DNA from: Tubulanus polymorphus
Lineage: Eukaryota > Animalia > Nemertea
Assembly (NCBI RefSeq): GCF_964204645.1
Contig: NC_134028.1
Location: forward strand, 2,232,001 to 2,296,000
DNA length: 64,000 nt
Direction: 5' to 3'
In this document: positions 1 to 11,923 of the stretch, piece after piece
How positions within the stretch are numbered: position 1 is the first letter of the stretch
Layout: every line of letters starts with the position of its first letter
Translations under genes and position numbers: made by a program
The notes under the pieces: model-generated
What the model saw: only the letters and a program-made list of their open reading frames with translations
The model's database searches: none
What the model was told of the DNA's origin: nothing

Positions 1-210
1 GTACTGCACGATAGACGAAGACGATCCATTTATACCTCGCGCGTCGAACAGTCCTTCATATCACAGGTACGGATCGGTGAATGATGTCATGTCACCTCAC
101 TATCCACACACTACTACTACTGCTACCACTACAATCTCTCCATCGGACAATCATTCCACGTCGTGAGTAGTTACTACCCACACTACTGTCCACAATTTAT
201 CGCTCTAACT

Positions 211-550
211 CATCCTCCCCCGGCAGGGATTCGAACCTGATGGCATCGAGATTGCCACGGTACGAAACCCTGCCATAATCGACCGTGTGCGCAGATACAT
301 GCGCAGTTCAGATGATGTGATTTTTAGCCAATCAGAAATCCCGTTTTATTTTAACCCGGGTTTTCCCATTTATAGTTCTTCCTTGAAATTTACCTCAACG
401 ATTAAACAACGAGCAATCTGATTGGTGCCGCCAGTTTTCGTTCGGAAAGCTGCGCATGTACCTGCGCACCCGGTCTACTGTGGCAGGGGTTCGTGCCGTG
501 GCTGAGTGTAGCGATGCCATCAAGTTTCGAGTCCCTGCAGAGGGAGGATG
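211..550. mobile_element. 340-bp non-autonomous DNA transposon (MITE) with long imperfect TIRs and a 9-bp TSD (Mutator-like)
   Basis: Ends are CATCCTCCCCCGGCAGGGATTCGAAC... and ...TTCGAGTCCCTGCAGAGGGAGGATG. Direct repeat GCTCTAACT flanks it at 202-210 and 551-559. A near-identical inverted copy lies at 54637-54974. Confidence 0.9.
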
Positions 551-2705
551 GCTCTAACTCAACATAACTCATCCATCCAGACACCACACGTCATTAGTTT
601 GTGCTCTGTGGATAGAGGTGGCCTTAAATCCTCGCTCTTACTGTAGCTGTGGTTGGAGATTGAGTGGTTTCTACTCTGTTCTTCAGATGACAGAGGGGTG
701 TAAGAAATAAACCCACTTTCTTCAGACCAGAACTGGGAATCGATACGGTTTTTAACCACTTATTGGTTTGAAGCGGCGGTGTTGGCTAAGACCTTCATTC
801 ACTCGAGCCTCAAACCTCCAACTACCTGACCTACGAATTCATTACTTGATATCAGGATGAGTTTTGTTGAAGAATGTTCTAAACTCGTCGCTCTTGTCTA
901 TTTGAATCCTATTTTGAGTTGAGTGTAGAACATTCATGGAGTAATACCACCATGTCATCGGTGTGAGATAATCTTAAAACCAAACTGTAAAAGAATTATA
1001 GAAAATTGGCACAAATCTCGCAGCAATGAACTGGTGAACATAACCCATAATTCATTCTGATAATCTTTTTGCTGTGTTTTTATCGATTAATATATAAAAC
1101 CAAGGTTCTCATTCGATCTGATTTTTGTGCTTACTACGTTCAAAAGATTATCACGACTGAATTGTGGCCATCTTTTATTATGAATTTTTCATACAATCAA
1201 TTTCTACTTATAGATTTTTTGAGTATATCAATTAAATCTCTATCTGTTATTGGCATTCAAACTTTTTTTCTAAGTTGATATTGTAATATATAATTATTTC
1301 GTAGAATATTTTCTTTTTTCATTTTGTTACTTAGTTTTTTTTTTTTATTCTTTATATTTCTATGGAAGCAATTTTCTGGCAATAACATTTCATAAAAACT
1401 GATTGTAGACAAATGATAATAATTCGATGATATTAAGTTAGACAAAATTGTGGATACGAAAATGAAATTTGTCCTTCAGGAGAGAAATGTAAGTAAAGTT
1501 CATGCATTTCTAAACGCCCGCGAAATGTGGGAACTAGATTTGTAGAATTAACTGTTTGTGGTGGTAGTTGGCACTTGCATATTGAAGACGCTGCACTGTA
1601 AACGCACTGTTCAAGTTCATTCAACTAATCGATTGTCTACAAATCGCATGTTGAAATTACGATACACATTTTCTGTTCTGTCTTTAATTTTCTCAATTGT
1701 TTATAATAGTTTCTCGGTTAACCATTTATTTTATTCAGTTTCAGTTATTAGTTGATATATTATTGATTTGAACGCAATTATTATTAATCATAGTGATTAT
1801 TATTTATAATTCATATATGATGTATTTGAAGTAGGCGTGTGATGTATTTGTTCATGTGATGTCTGTCTCTCTCTGTTTGTTACCTGTTCCCTGTTTGTCT
1901 ACTCTTATCGTTCTCTTCTGTCTCATGATAGCATACATCACTAACCTTTAATCTGTATTGGGAAATATTGTCCTGAATTTCCCATAAAGTCATTAGAGGT
2001 TTATCACCGACTTAAAACCCGGCGATCATTTGAGACCATACTGCAATGTTATTAGTCGATGACTATTTGTCGGGTTAGAAGTCTTCACATGTGTGACTTG
2101 GTGTTTTATATCTGAAGTTTGTGCAGCTTTGCTTGAATTTAGAGTGAGAAGACTTGAGATATGTTCATTGCTGCAGTGTTTTTAAGCACCAGATATCTTA
2201 AATTAGAACTTTCACTCTGCGGATTTATGTGAGATGCTTCATTTGTTGTCCTGGCTACCAGGTAGTCATGCTGTGTTAGGCATTAGCTAGTAGAATAATG
2301 GATAAGCTGTAAAATGTAACTGTTCATTATGAAAATCATGCAGTGTTAAATTCCTCATTGACTGTTTAAAAGATTTGTATGTATTTCATGTACCCTGTCT
2401 AACACCCCTTTTTAATTTGTTCTGTCATACCCTCCCAAAACTGATTTGATTTGTTCCATCATACCCTCGCAATACTAACAAAAATGAATGTTGATTTTAT
2501 TCCTACGCTCATCAGGAATTATTCTGTGAAATACTGCGGTCCATCCTATTTATAATGAGTCTCAGTCCTGTGTCAGTTTCCTCACCGAAACCATGTCCGT
2601 ATTCGCCTATGTAGATTACGTATTTTTATTACTAACTAATATAGAAGATTCAGTAGGCGACTTGTTTCGAACATGTTTGTTGAGTTTTTGTTTATTTCTC
2701 TCTAG

Positions 2706-5700
2706 CAGCCCGCCCCGTTCACCTAGAAATAAGGGACCGTATCTAAGGTAACAGCATGCATAGTGTCGCACGTCTATATGGACTGCATGACCGTTCATTT
2801 ATATGGAAATCCTCGTTCATCCATCGCACAGCACCGGCGCGCTCTATGTTACCATAGCAACGAGGTCTACCGCTACCGACTGGATGGTCATAGACGTCTG
2901 CCTAATTCGTTTTATCCTCGAGGAGACGATTGGAGTAAAATTTATGATTCACCCGAAAAAAAAGATTTTTAATTGCAGTTGACTGCACTGTTTTCGAAAT
3001 ACACTTGGATAATGTCACTGTTGTTCGTTCAAGTGTTTCGTAAACTCTCTGACCTCGACCTTACGAAGCACGCTTCAGTTTTGTCCAATTTAGTGTAGCG
3101 CACTAACTAAGCACCGTGAAAAAAATCAAACTTTCCAAGTTCCCCGTATCGAATAAATGTCGAGACAATTTTTACGTTATTCCTCGAATACAAGAATCTT
3201 CTGGGTTCTCTGAAAGGATCACCGGATACGATGAGTGTCTTGTAATGTTGTTAAGTTGTTGTTGAAGTGAATATGATGTAAAGAATCAGTTCAGCACAAA
3301 TTCATTGTGAAATCTCTCGATTATAAGAATCGATGCGTTCAATGTTGTGTCTATGATTCTATAAACATGTTGTACTCAGTAGGTGCCTTTTAAGGATGCC
3401 TTCTCAATAAACGATAACTTTAAGCACTGTTGACACAAATATAAGAAAACGAATTTTCTGTACGATTTTCCATTGTTTTTCCTGGATACAACCCTTGATG
3501 ATTTTACCTCTATATTAGTAGTTTTTTGATGTGGTTAATACTGATGTTATTTTCAGTTGGTTATATAGCGGCAGTCAAAATAACACGATGAACAGGTTCG
3601 TCATCTCTCTATCTCTATCTATCTCATTCCTGTTACAGATTTGTGTTCAGATTTCAAATGATGCTTCTCGCTTTCTAATCGTTGCACACGTAGTAGACAC
3701 ATGTTCAACTGCCGAGAAACTAGCCACCACAAGAATGAGATTATTTTCGAATTACATAATACTTACTATCCCCGGGTGGCCACTTAAACTGGAAATCAGG
3801 GAAAAGTGTGGGGAATTTTTTAGAAAAAGCGCAAAAAATTTGGTGAAAATCAGCATAATTTGTTGAAATTACTACATGGTTCCCACAGAACAGGGAAATT
3901 GGGAAAAACTAAGAAATTTTGAAATAATAATTCCCAGTTTGGAAATATTTGGGAATTTGAAAAACTTTCCTCAAATCAGGGAAATGTTTGGGAAATTCAT
4001 TACATTTCACATATTGCATTTGCCAAGGGCAACTTTCTTCAGCAATTTCCCTTGAAAATCATATTCATCAACCGGTCACCGCTAAAATGTTGACTGTAGC
4101 ACGACAATATGTGTTGATTTGCATTTGGGAAAATTGAAAAATCACCCATGAAATACTTGGGAAAAACTTTGGAATTTTGAATTCATATAACTGTGGGAAC
4201 CATGTTACTTAATCGCGGGTAAAATCAAACAGCTTCGATCTAGGTGTTATGTATTTGACGTGCATATCAGGGAACAGTGAGGAAACAGTCAGGGGAAAAG
4301 TAAGTCGAATAAAAGTGGTCGCCCTGTATTGACTTATTATACACATTTCTCCCTGGTACATCATCCTCAGATTTGAATATAGTGCTAATCGAGTTAAAAT
4401 GACGCTGAAACTCGATGCGCTATCATTCAAATTAATTTTGTCCTTAAGATCTTGTCACGTGGATTGGCTAGCTGTCGTAAAGGCAGTACGCACAAATTTG
4501 TTTAATTAACGCTAATTTTGTTCATTTCTAAATGACTAGTCGATATGGTTCACCTGATCATAGAGTTGGACCTCAATGGGATCTTCTAATCCCATATGTT
4601 TTTGGTCATTGCAAGCAGTTTTCTAATCACGATTGATACCTCAAACAAAATGGCTGCAAGCATCATTTTTAGTATCGATGATTTTAGTTTTAAATTTCAC
4701 AATGAAATTCTCTTCATTTTTTGGAATGATATAGTCGCCATAATTTCAAGTATGATTTATTTTTCGTATAAATCTGGTAATATCCGGAAATATCTCAACT
4801 GAAACGGCTTCTGGTAATATTCGGAAATATCTCAACTGAAACGGCTTCTGGTAATATCCGGAAATATCTCAACTGAAACGGCTTTACTGTAAAAAAATGA
4901 TGTGTGTTGAATTGTAGATATTTCTAGGATACAGGTTTAAATGCATCCAAATGAATGTAAAGTATAACTATTCATTTTCAGGGATCACTTTCATTTTCAT
5001 ATGATAGTCGCGGAAGACAAATTACAAGAGTATATTTTATGAGTTTATTCAATATTTTTTTTGGTTACTTACTAACAACTTATCACTAATCGTTTAATAA
5101 AACTTACCCGGTAATCAATAGGACTGACACTAATCTGTGATTCTCTCCGTTGTTTTAATTCGGTACATGTCACTAGTCATCCAACCAGATGGTGGGATTA
5201 GTTAGACTTGTATTGATGTCCAACTTTCCAATAGAGCCATCTGATGGTTCCTCACCGACTGCCACAGTACCCTTCGAGTGTCTCGAATCTATTTTTTCCT
5301 ACATTGAGAGGAGTTGCATTTTCGATGTTCTAAGTTCGTGTTGATCTGTCATCTCGGATCATTCTCAATTCATAGCTTTCGGTTTCTTCGACTAATAATA
5401 AATGTTGAATATTTGTTATGCTTGTTGAAAGTTTTGTTGAAATTCTTGTATGTAACTGATGGATATGTATATCTATATGTCTACTCATATATTCTTGTTC
5501 ACTGTGCATTTGCAGAAATAGCCCTTCAATTTACGAGATGTTTTTTGTTTAATTTTTGCAGTGGAACGGGCACGAGCGGTCGTTTTTCACCGGGAATGCG
5601 TTTACCGGGCTCAACCCGCCATACAGGACCTGAACACCTACCCCTACACGGGCGACAAACGCCGCCACCTGCTGTAAGTATGAAACACTAGAGAAATCGC

Positions 5701-8064
5701 ATCATTTATCAGATGACTGAGGGGTCCTTGATGGAACAGGCCACGTAGTGTCCACCCAGCACTCAATAAAATCTCGCTTCTTACAAAAAACAGTGCTGCC
5801 CCTAGTGGGCATGTGCAAAATTATCTTATATCTATTGTGCACCTTTTTGCTAAATTATCCATAGAATCATTTCACCTTATCCTTAATTTCATTTACAAAA
5901 TTATCCAGCTAATCGCAGTTATGTATGAAAAGTGTTCACATTTAACCCGGTGTTTTAGGCAGCTAGCTAACTCTCTAAATCGCCAAGCTGATGACTAGGC
6001 AGCAGTCATAGTAACCACTTACTGCTTGCATGCTTCATGCATTTATTACACAAAGGCCTTCCACACGTCGAAAGAAATGGCATTCAAATAAAATGTATTT
6101 AAATTGGTGTTTAGTGTCAGTGGTTTTATATACGTATTGTTTATATTTGGAATGTTATTTGCGCTTGGTCTCGATGGGATGTTTAGTGAAGTAGTAATAT
6201 AACTGTATTTTGTTTCACTGTTTATGTTCGAAAGTGTCTATAATCACAGCAGTTTATCAGTGAAGTCTGTATGGGTTGGAGGATGGAAAGGCCTGAATGA
6301 GTTCTGAAAAAGGAGCTCGAATCAATAGAATGAAATCATTCCGAATTGTATCTTAAGAAGAAAAGACTTAGATATCAATATTCTCAAAATGGGTCATTTT
6401 GAATTCTTTATTAAGATTTGACAGTTCTTCATGTGATTTAGTGTGCTGGGTGTTCCTCATGGTTCTGTTATAAGTCCCCTATCGATAAAGATATCTCAGT
6501 TTGCTTTTCTCAATCACAGTACACGCACCAATTCAATTAATACAATCTACTCTACCATAAGTTTATACCAGTATCCATCCAATGTTATCATATGATTTTA
6601 AGTTTAAGTATGAAACTTGTTTACGAATGAAGCGATTAAACTCGAAATAATAATTTGCCTAATTGTTTATTTTGATCTAGATATTTTAAGAATGGAGATG
6701 ATTAAGTCGTCTTGATAAAAACTTTTTGAAAAAGTAACCTAACAGATTTTGTAATATATTGATGTTCGCATGTTTGATTATATTTGGTGCCATTTCTTTC
6801 TGTTGTTTCTCACTATATTATAGGAGGATGAAGTGTGAAGGTTTGCCAATCTGTGTTGTATAATTCGAAGAAAAAAATAATTTTTTGGTTTTGTTTTGAG
6901 CATGAAAACTTTGGTCTAATAATGTATGTTTTTATGCAAATTAACGCCAGTTATTGTCAATGTGTCGATAGAAATAATGCCTGCAGTTTCAAATTTTCAA
7001 AATTTCAGTTAAAGGCATTTGTTGAATTACCAGAGATTTCATGCTCTATTCGTGTCGTGTTCAATCATCTTTTATTAATCTTTGCAAAGACCAGTGAAAA
7101 CTGTCTTTAGTGTTTGCACTCTTTTAATAAACACTCACGTGAAAATGATTTGACAAATTATCTATTTTATTAACAGCATCTTTTAACCTTAGGAATATCA
7201 TTCCCGTGAAATTAAAAACCCACATTCTTCTGTTTGATTACCCATACTATAATATGGTTTTGAGTTGTTTTTGGACGTAGCCTAGTAATTAGTGCCCAAT
7301 TGTCCTTTCATTTTAGATTTAGATTTCAGTGAAATTATGCCTACTCGTATCATTTTTGAAGATTGAAGATATGCATGTAATTTGTTTCAAGTTTTCTTAA
7401 AGATTTAATTGAGGCATGTTTAGAAATGATTTTAACAAGTTATTTCAATAGTATCATATATGTTGCTGCATGATTAGAGCAAATAAAATTCTCTATTCGT
7501 TTAATCATGTTTTCAGAATCGTATTCCAAATTCAGTTACTGATTAAAACACATTTCTTCAGAAGATCAATATGTATTATTCTATCGCATTGATACTCACA
7601 TCATCATTAAACGTTTTACTCTATGAGAGATTTATTTGCTGTCTTAACCCCTTCGCTACGTCAATGTTTGTACTCTGGTCTGCTGGGGTCCCCAGGTAAA
7701 AAGATAAAGCAATTTGAATAGAAAAAATAAAACATTTATCATTGACACAGTGAAAGGGTTAACCTTCAGTGTTTAAAGACGCAATAATTTAGTATATAAT
7801 CTTTGCTGTTAAAATCCGAAACATAGAATTAGGCCTACGTGTCTGCATTTGAATTACAAATGATTTATTTCATATTTATACAAAAGAAGCAAAATTACTT
7901 CAGCAGCTAAATCATGAATTTATATTGATTTGTTTGGTAAATCTCATTAGTATTTGTATTATATGTATTTTTGTTGATTTTTTCAGTACGGTGATTTCGG
8001 TTATGAAGATCATTACAACAGCATTTCACGAATGCGCGGAAATAACGCGCCTGTCGATGTTTAA
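2706..8064 (+). CDS. TTYH: 3' exons of a probable Tweety-family (TTYH) membrane protein; partial, gene starts upstream of the window. Exons 2706-2747, 5562-5673, 7987-8064
   Basis: Three AG/GT-bounded exons with compatible phases (2-2, 2-0, 0-stop) translate as SPPRSPRNKGPYLSGTGTSGRFSPGMRLPGSTRHTGPEHLPLHGRQTPPPAYGDFGYEDHYNSISRMRGNNAPVDV*. EHLPLHGRQTPPPAY resembles the TTYH2/3 tail as I recall it (ENxPLIGRxSPPPxY). Only the tail is visible. Confidence 0.55.
3772..4326. mobile_element. Nested MITEs: outer element with CAGGGTGGCCACT-type ends, inner element 3875-4204
   Basis: Inner TIR is CATGGTTCCCACAG / CTGTGGGAACCATG. Outer ends CCGGGTGGCCACTT...AAGTGGTCGCCCTG resemble copies at 13751-13908 and ~54444-54632. 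Confidence 0.6.
4774..4884. repeat. 37-bp minisatellite, 3 copies
   Basis: CTGGTAATATCCGGAAATATCTCAACTGAAACGGCTT occurs three times with one substitution. Confidence 0.95.
7648..7758. mobile_element. piggyBac-like mini element with TTAA target site
   Basis: TTAA|CCCCTTCGCTACGTCAATG ... CATTGACACAGTGAAAGGG|TTAA: imperfect 19-bp TIRs with CCC/GGG ends and TTAA on both sides. Confidence 0.65.
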
Positions 8065-11000
8065 ACTATTCCAACGCCATCTAGTGTCGATAACGATAAC
8101 CGTAAAACTCTAATCTAACGTCGTGATCATTCACCTGCTGATGAGACTTTCTATGATCGCCGATCGAACTCGTGAAAAAAAGCACATATTCATCAGGATT
8201 GATTTAAACCGAATGAAAATGAAAACCGTTTAACCGAGAAACGTTGTCGTCGTTATTGTCGTGTGAATCTTTTTTACAAACTCTCAGACTTTGTGGATTC
8301 TAGATTCAGAATCAATGATCGATTGAAGTCATATTGTATCGAATATATGACGTCGATTTCTCGTGCAGGAGTTGATTTAATTCACTGATATTCGCACATT
8401 TTTCATTGCTTCCGAAGAACAAAATTATGTAAATTAATGAACACTTCATCCGATCTGGTGACAGAAAAAAAATACGTGCCATCAAGTTTATCGACGAGTG
8501 CCTGAACATGAATGAGTTATTTTATTTCATCGTATTTAACATTGCTTTGTACCGCAGGTTTTATTGGTTAAAGCAGTACTGTTGTAGTGTTTGAGAATAG
8601 TTGCTCTCAATATTTGAAATATTTAAGTTCTCTTATGAGGTTAAGGCCTATTAATGCTATGATAGCAGTCGTGTTTTATTTTTGATCGAAATGTTTCGGA
8701 TATTTCGACTTTTCTCGACTAATTCAGTATTGAAGGTGCTATGCTTAATTAACTAAGTTAATTAACTAAGTTTTTTGCTAATATTATGTTTTATTCCTCT
8801 GTGAATAGTAAAAACATAATTTTGCTATTAATGTTTTTATTTCGTGAGTCTGCGGATATCGGCTGAAAGTATGAGATTGAAAAATTTTATCATGACAAAA
8901 GTTAATTAAATTTTTTACTGTATGCCTCTGAAAATAGACATGGCAATGATGAGATTTTCAAAACGTTAAGATTCCGGTACTTCTTTTACATTTACTAATT
9001 GAATGGTCTTAAATAAAGCTGGTTTTGAATGCACCAAAATGATCTTAGAAGACCAGTTGTCAGTTAAAGTCATGACTGTGCAGTTCGCCATCCAAATGCA
9101 AAAATTATTTGATTTCAAAATACAGGTATCCATTCCTGTAGAAGTGTGTGTGTACTGTATTTCCTACAGTGGACAGAATTTTGGTAAAATAGGTAAATGT
9201 ACGTGAAGGCTTTGTAAATTTTTGTAGGTGCAATTTGTTTAAAGATCTTCTTGTAGAAGATAGAACCTGGTTTTTCAGTCAGTTCGCTGAAAGAATGTTC
9301 CTACAATAGGCATGAAATAAAAGTGTTTCCTGTGACTTTATGATCTCGCAACAAGGTCGGTGGACCCTATGAATTTGATAATGTTGCTACATAAATTGCC
9401 GGTGTTGAAACTGTGCGAAATCTGTGAAAAATGTTGAAAATGAATGACGTGTATCAGTAATCAATGGCAATGCGGAATATCTCGTAATTTTCTGTTGAGT
9501 GCAGATCTGCTGAGTTTCAACGCATTCAAAAACTCGTTCGTATCGGGGTTGAATTATATGCAACACTTTCTTATTTTTTTTTTTCTAGTTTATTTTGTCT
9601 CCCAGAAAAAATAATTCCAACCGTACCCCACAACGACGCGCGCATCTCAAACAAGAATTATTATCTTGCCTTACATTGATTATCGTTATTAACACGTGTG
9701 TGTCGGCACAATTTTGATGACGAAAAAGAAAAGTGTAAATATTTTTGTATAAATTTTTAACATCCGCAAATGTATTTGTGATTTTACTCTTCATATATAT
9801 ATATATATATGTATATTATATATATATATATATATATTGTATTGGATGTATTATATATCATACGGTATATACTAAAAATGCTCTTTTTATCTATAAAAAA
9901 CTAAAACGTCGAAGATTTTCTTTTCAAACAAAAATGATTCTAGTCTTGACGGAGTATGGAAAGAAACTGTTTTGTAAATAATGATGAAATGGTCAGTCTG
10001 TAAAGTGGAACCTCATTACTCCTCGTTATTATGACAAAACCCACGGAACGATTTTTGGCCTCAAATGAGAAAATCTGACTTATTTTAGTAATTCATCTTA
10101 TTGTATATTATATGAGGAACTATCTAGATTTATGTTATGAGTGGGAGTTCTTTTTAAGAGTAATAAATTTCATTACGTACTTGGGTTTTACTAGGTTCAA
10201 GTGCATCCATGCTTGGGAGTACCCCAAAGTTCCAAGTAAGGCAAGGTTTACTGTACTTCATTATTAGAATACTGCTTACCTGTGTGGCAGTCAGGATTGC
10301 ACATTCCGTTGTGAAATTCTAGATGCTGTCTATGACAATAAAATTAGAGATTTTGATTAATTTTTTTCAAAAATATATCCTATATATGATATATAGTAAT
10401 GATAATATATAATGAATATAATATCCACATTATCATAGGTTTCATTGGTTCTACCTCATCGTTTGGTAATTTTAAGACCTATTTTGATGAATGTATACTA
10501 TCGCTGTATTCATTCTGTATGAAGAAAAATATAAGGAATTTACACAAAGACTTATGGTATAATCATCTAGATTAATGATTAAGGTTTTAAATCTAGATTT
10601 GAAATCTCTTAAAAGAATGCTTAGATATTCATATATTACGATATCGCAAAGTTAGTTTAGTTTATACAAAAAAATTGTATGTTTTTCATTTGATTTCTGC
10701 AGTGTTTTAATTTTCGGATGCCGTTTTTCTGACTGAAAAAAAAATTATATACATTTGTGAAGCTGGTACTGATTTCATAAAGATTTGATGCGCAAATATT
10801 TGTTGTAAGATTTTCGCATATGTAAAAATTAAATCTCATGAGCTCCTAATGTGTACATATAGTGTATGTATGTGTTGTCGTTTTGTGCGAGATCCCATCT
10901 TGAAAGCATTTCAGATTGTATTTTGCATAACTATTATGAATGTAGAAATAAATGAAATAAAAAAGTAACTCCTATACTAAAAAGTATGTGTTACTGTTTT

Positions 11001-11923
11001 ATGGATCGACTCAAAAGATTTAAAGCCGGAATGCAAGAATTTAAGCGGCCTCAACTAGCCATGCGGATCAGATAAGACAAGAAGTTATCCATAGTGTTGG
11101 GCTAATATGAATTATATCAAATTTTTGATTATATCTAATAGATTCTAATCATCCAATGCTACAGTGCAATTCAGACCTTGCAAATCTACAGTCAGTGGTC
11201 ACCACCGCGGTAAACCCATGACACCGTCCTCACACTAACTCCAACAGGGTCTGTCTTCATTATCTGCATCCAATTTTGAACCCTTGTGAGCCAGATTGAT
11301 CAGAGTTCAATGCTGAATGTAAACTCTTCCACCGTTTAACTGCCGTGTGAAGAGGATGGGCGTTCTTTAACTCACTCTACCCGACGCACAGAGGTATGAA
11401 AACCAGAACAAATTAATTAAAATTTATTCAATAAATTATTTTATTTTCAATTTTTAAATACATGTACAATCTATTGATATACAACAACAATGTACATAAT
11501 CAGGTATAATATTTACATTTTAACATAAATCAATAGTTTAAATTCAGACTAGAATATTTTCATACAACAATAAATATTTCTTTCTGTATCAACTGACCAA
11601 GATTTCACTGAGCGAAATTGGCAAATTAGAGGCAAAATTCTCATTTAGTGTCACACTTTTAAGGAATCGACAAAGTCATGACAAAAACAGATCTCGAAAA
11701 ATGCAAAATACGAGCTAATGCCAGCGTTACCCTAGTACGTTCACATCATAAAGAAAACCCAAGTTCTTCACAAGTCTTTCTCTCAAGAGTTATTCATAAA
11801 CCATTGGAGCAAAAATAACTCCAGCTGTAAGATCGTAATAGGAAATGCCTTTAAAACGTCTCAGTAAGGTTTTCAGGAACAATGTTGGTTATTTTTTGGA
11901 ATGATAATACAAATTGGAATATC

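Noticed and set aside
4774-4884. CRISPR-like 37-bp repeats
   Set aside because: Units abut with no spacers, there are no cas genes, and the context is eukaryotic.
4977-4996. TTTCAGGGATCACTTTC resembling U3 snoRNA box A
   Set aside because: No other U3 boxes follow; it is equally explained as a splice-acceptor-like sequence.
8136-8180. Hammerhead suggested by CTGATGAG...GAAA
   Set aside because: No stem II abutting GAAA and no stem III or cleavage triplet.
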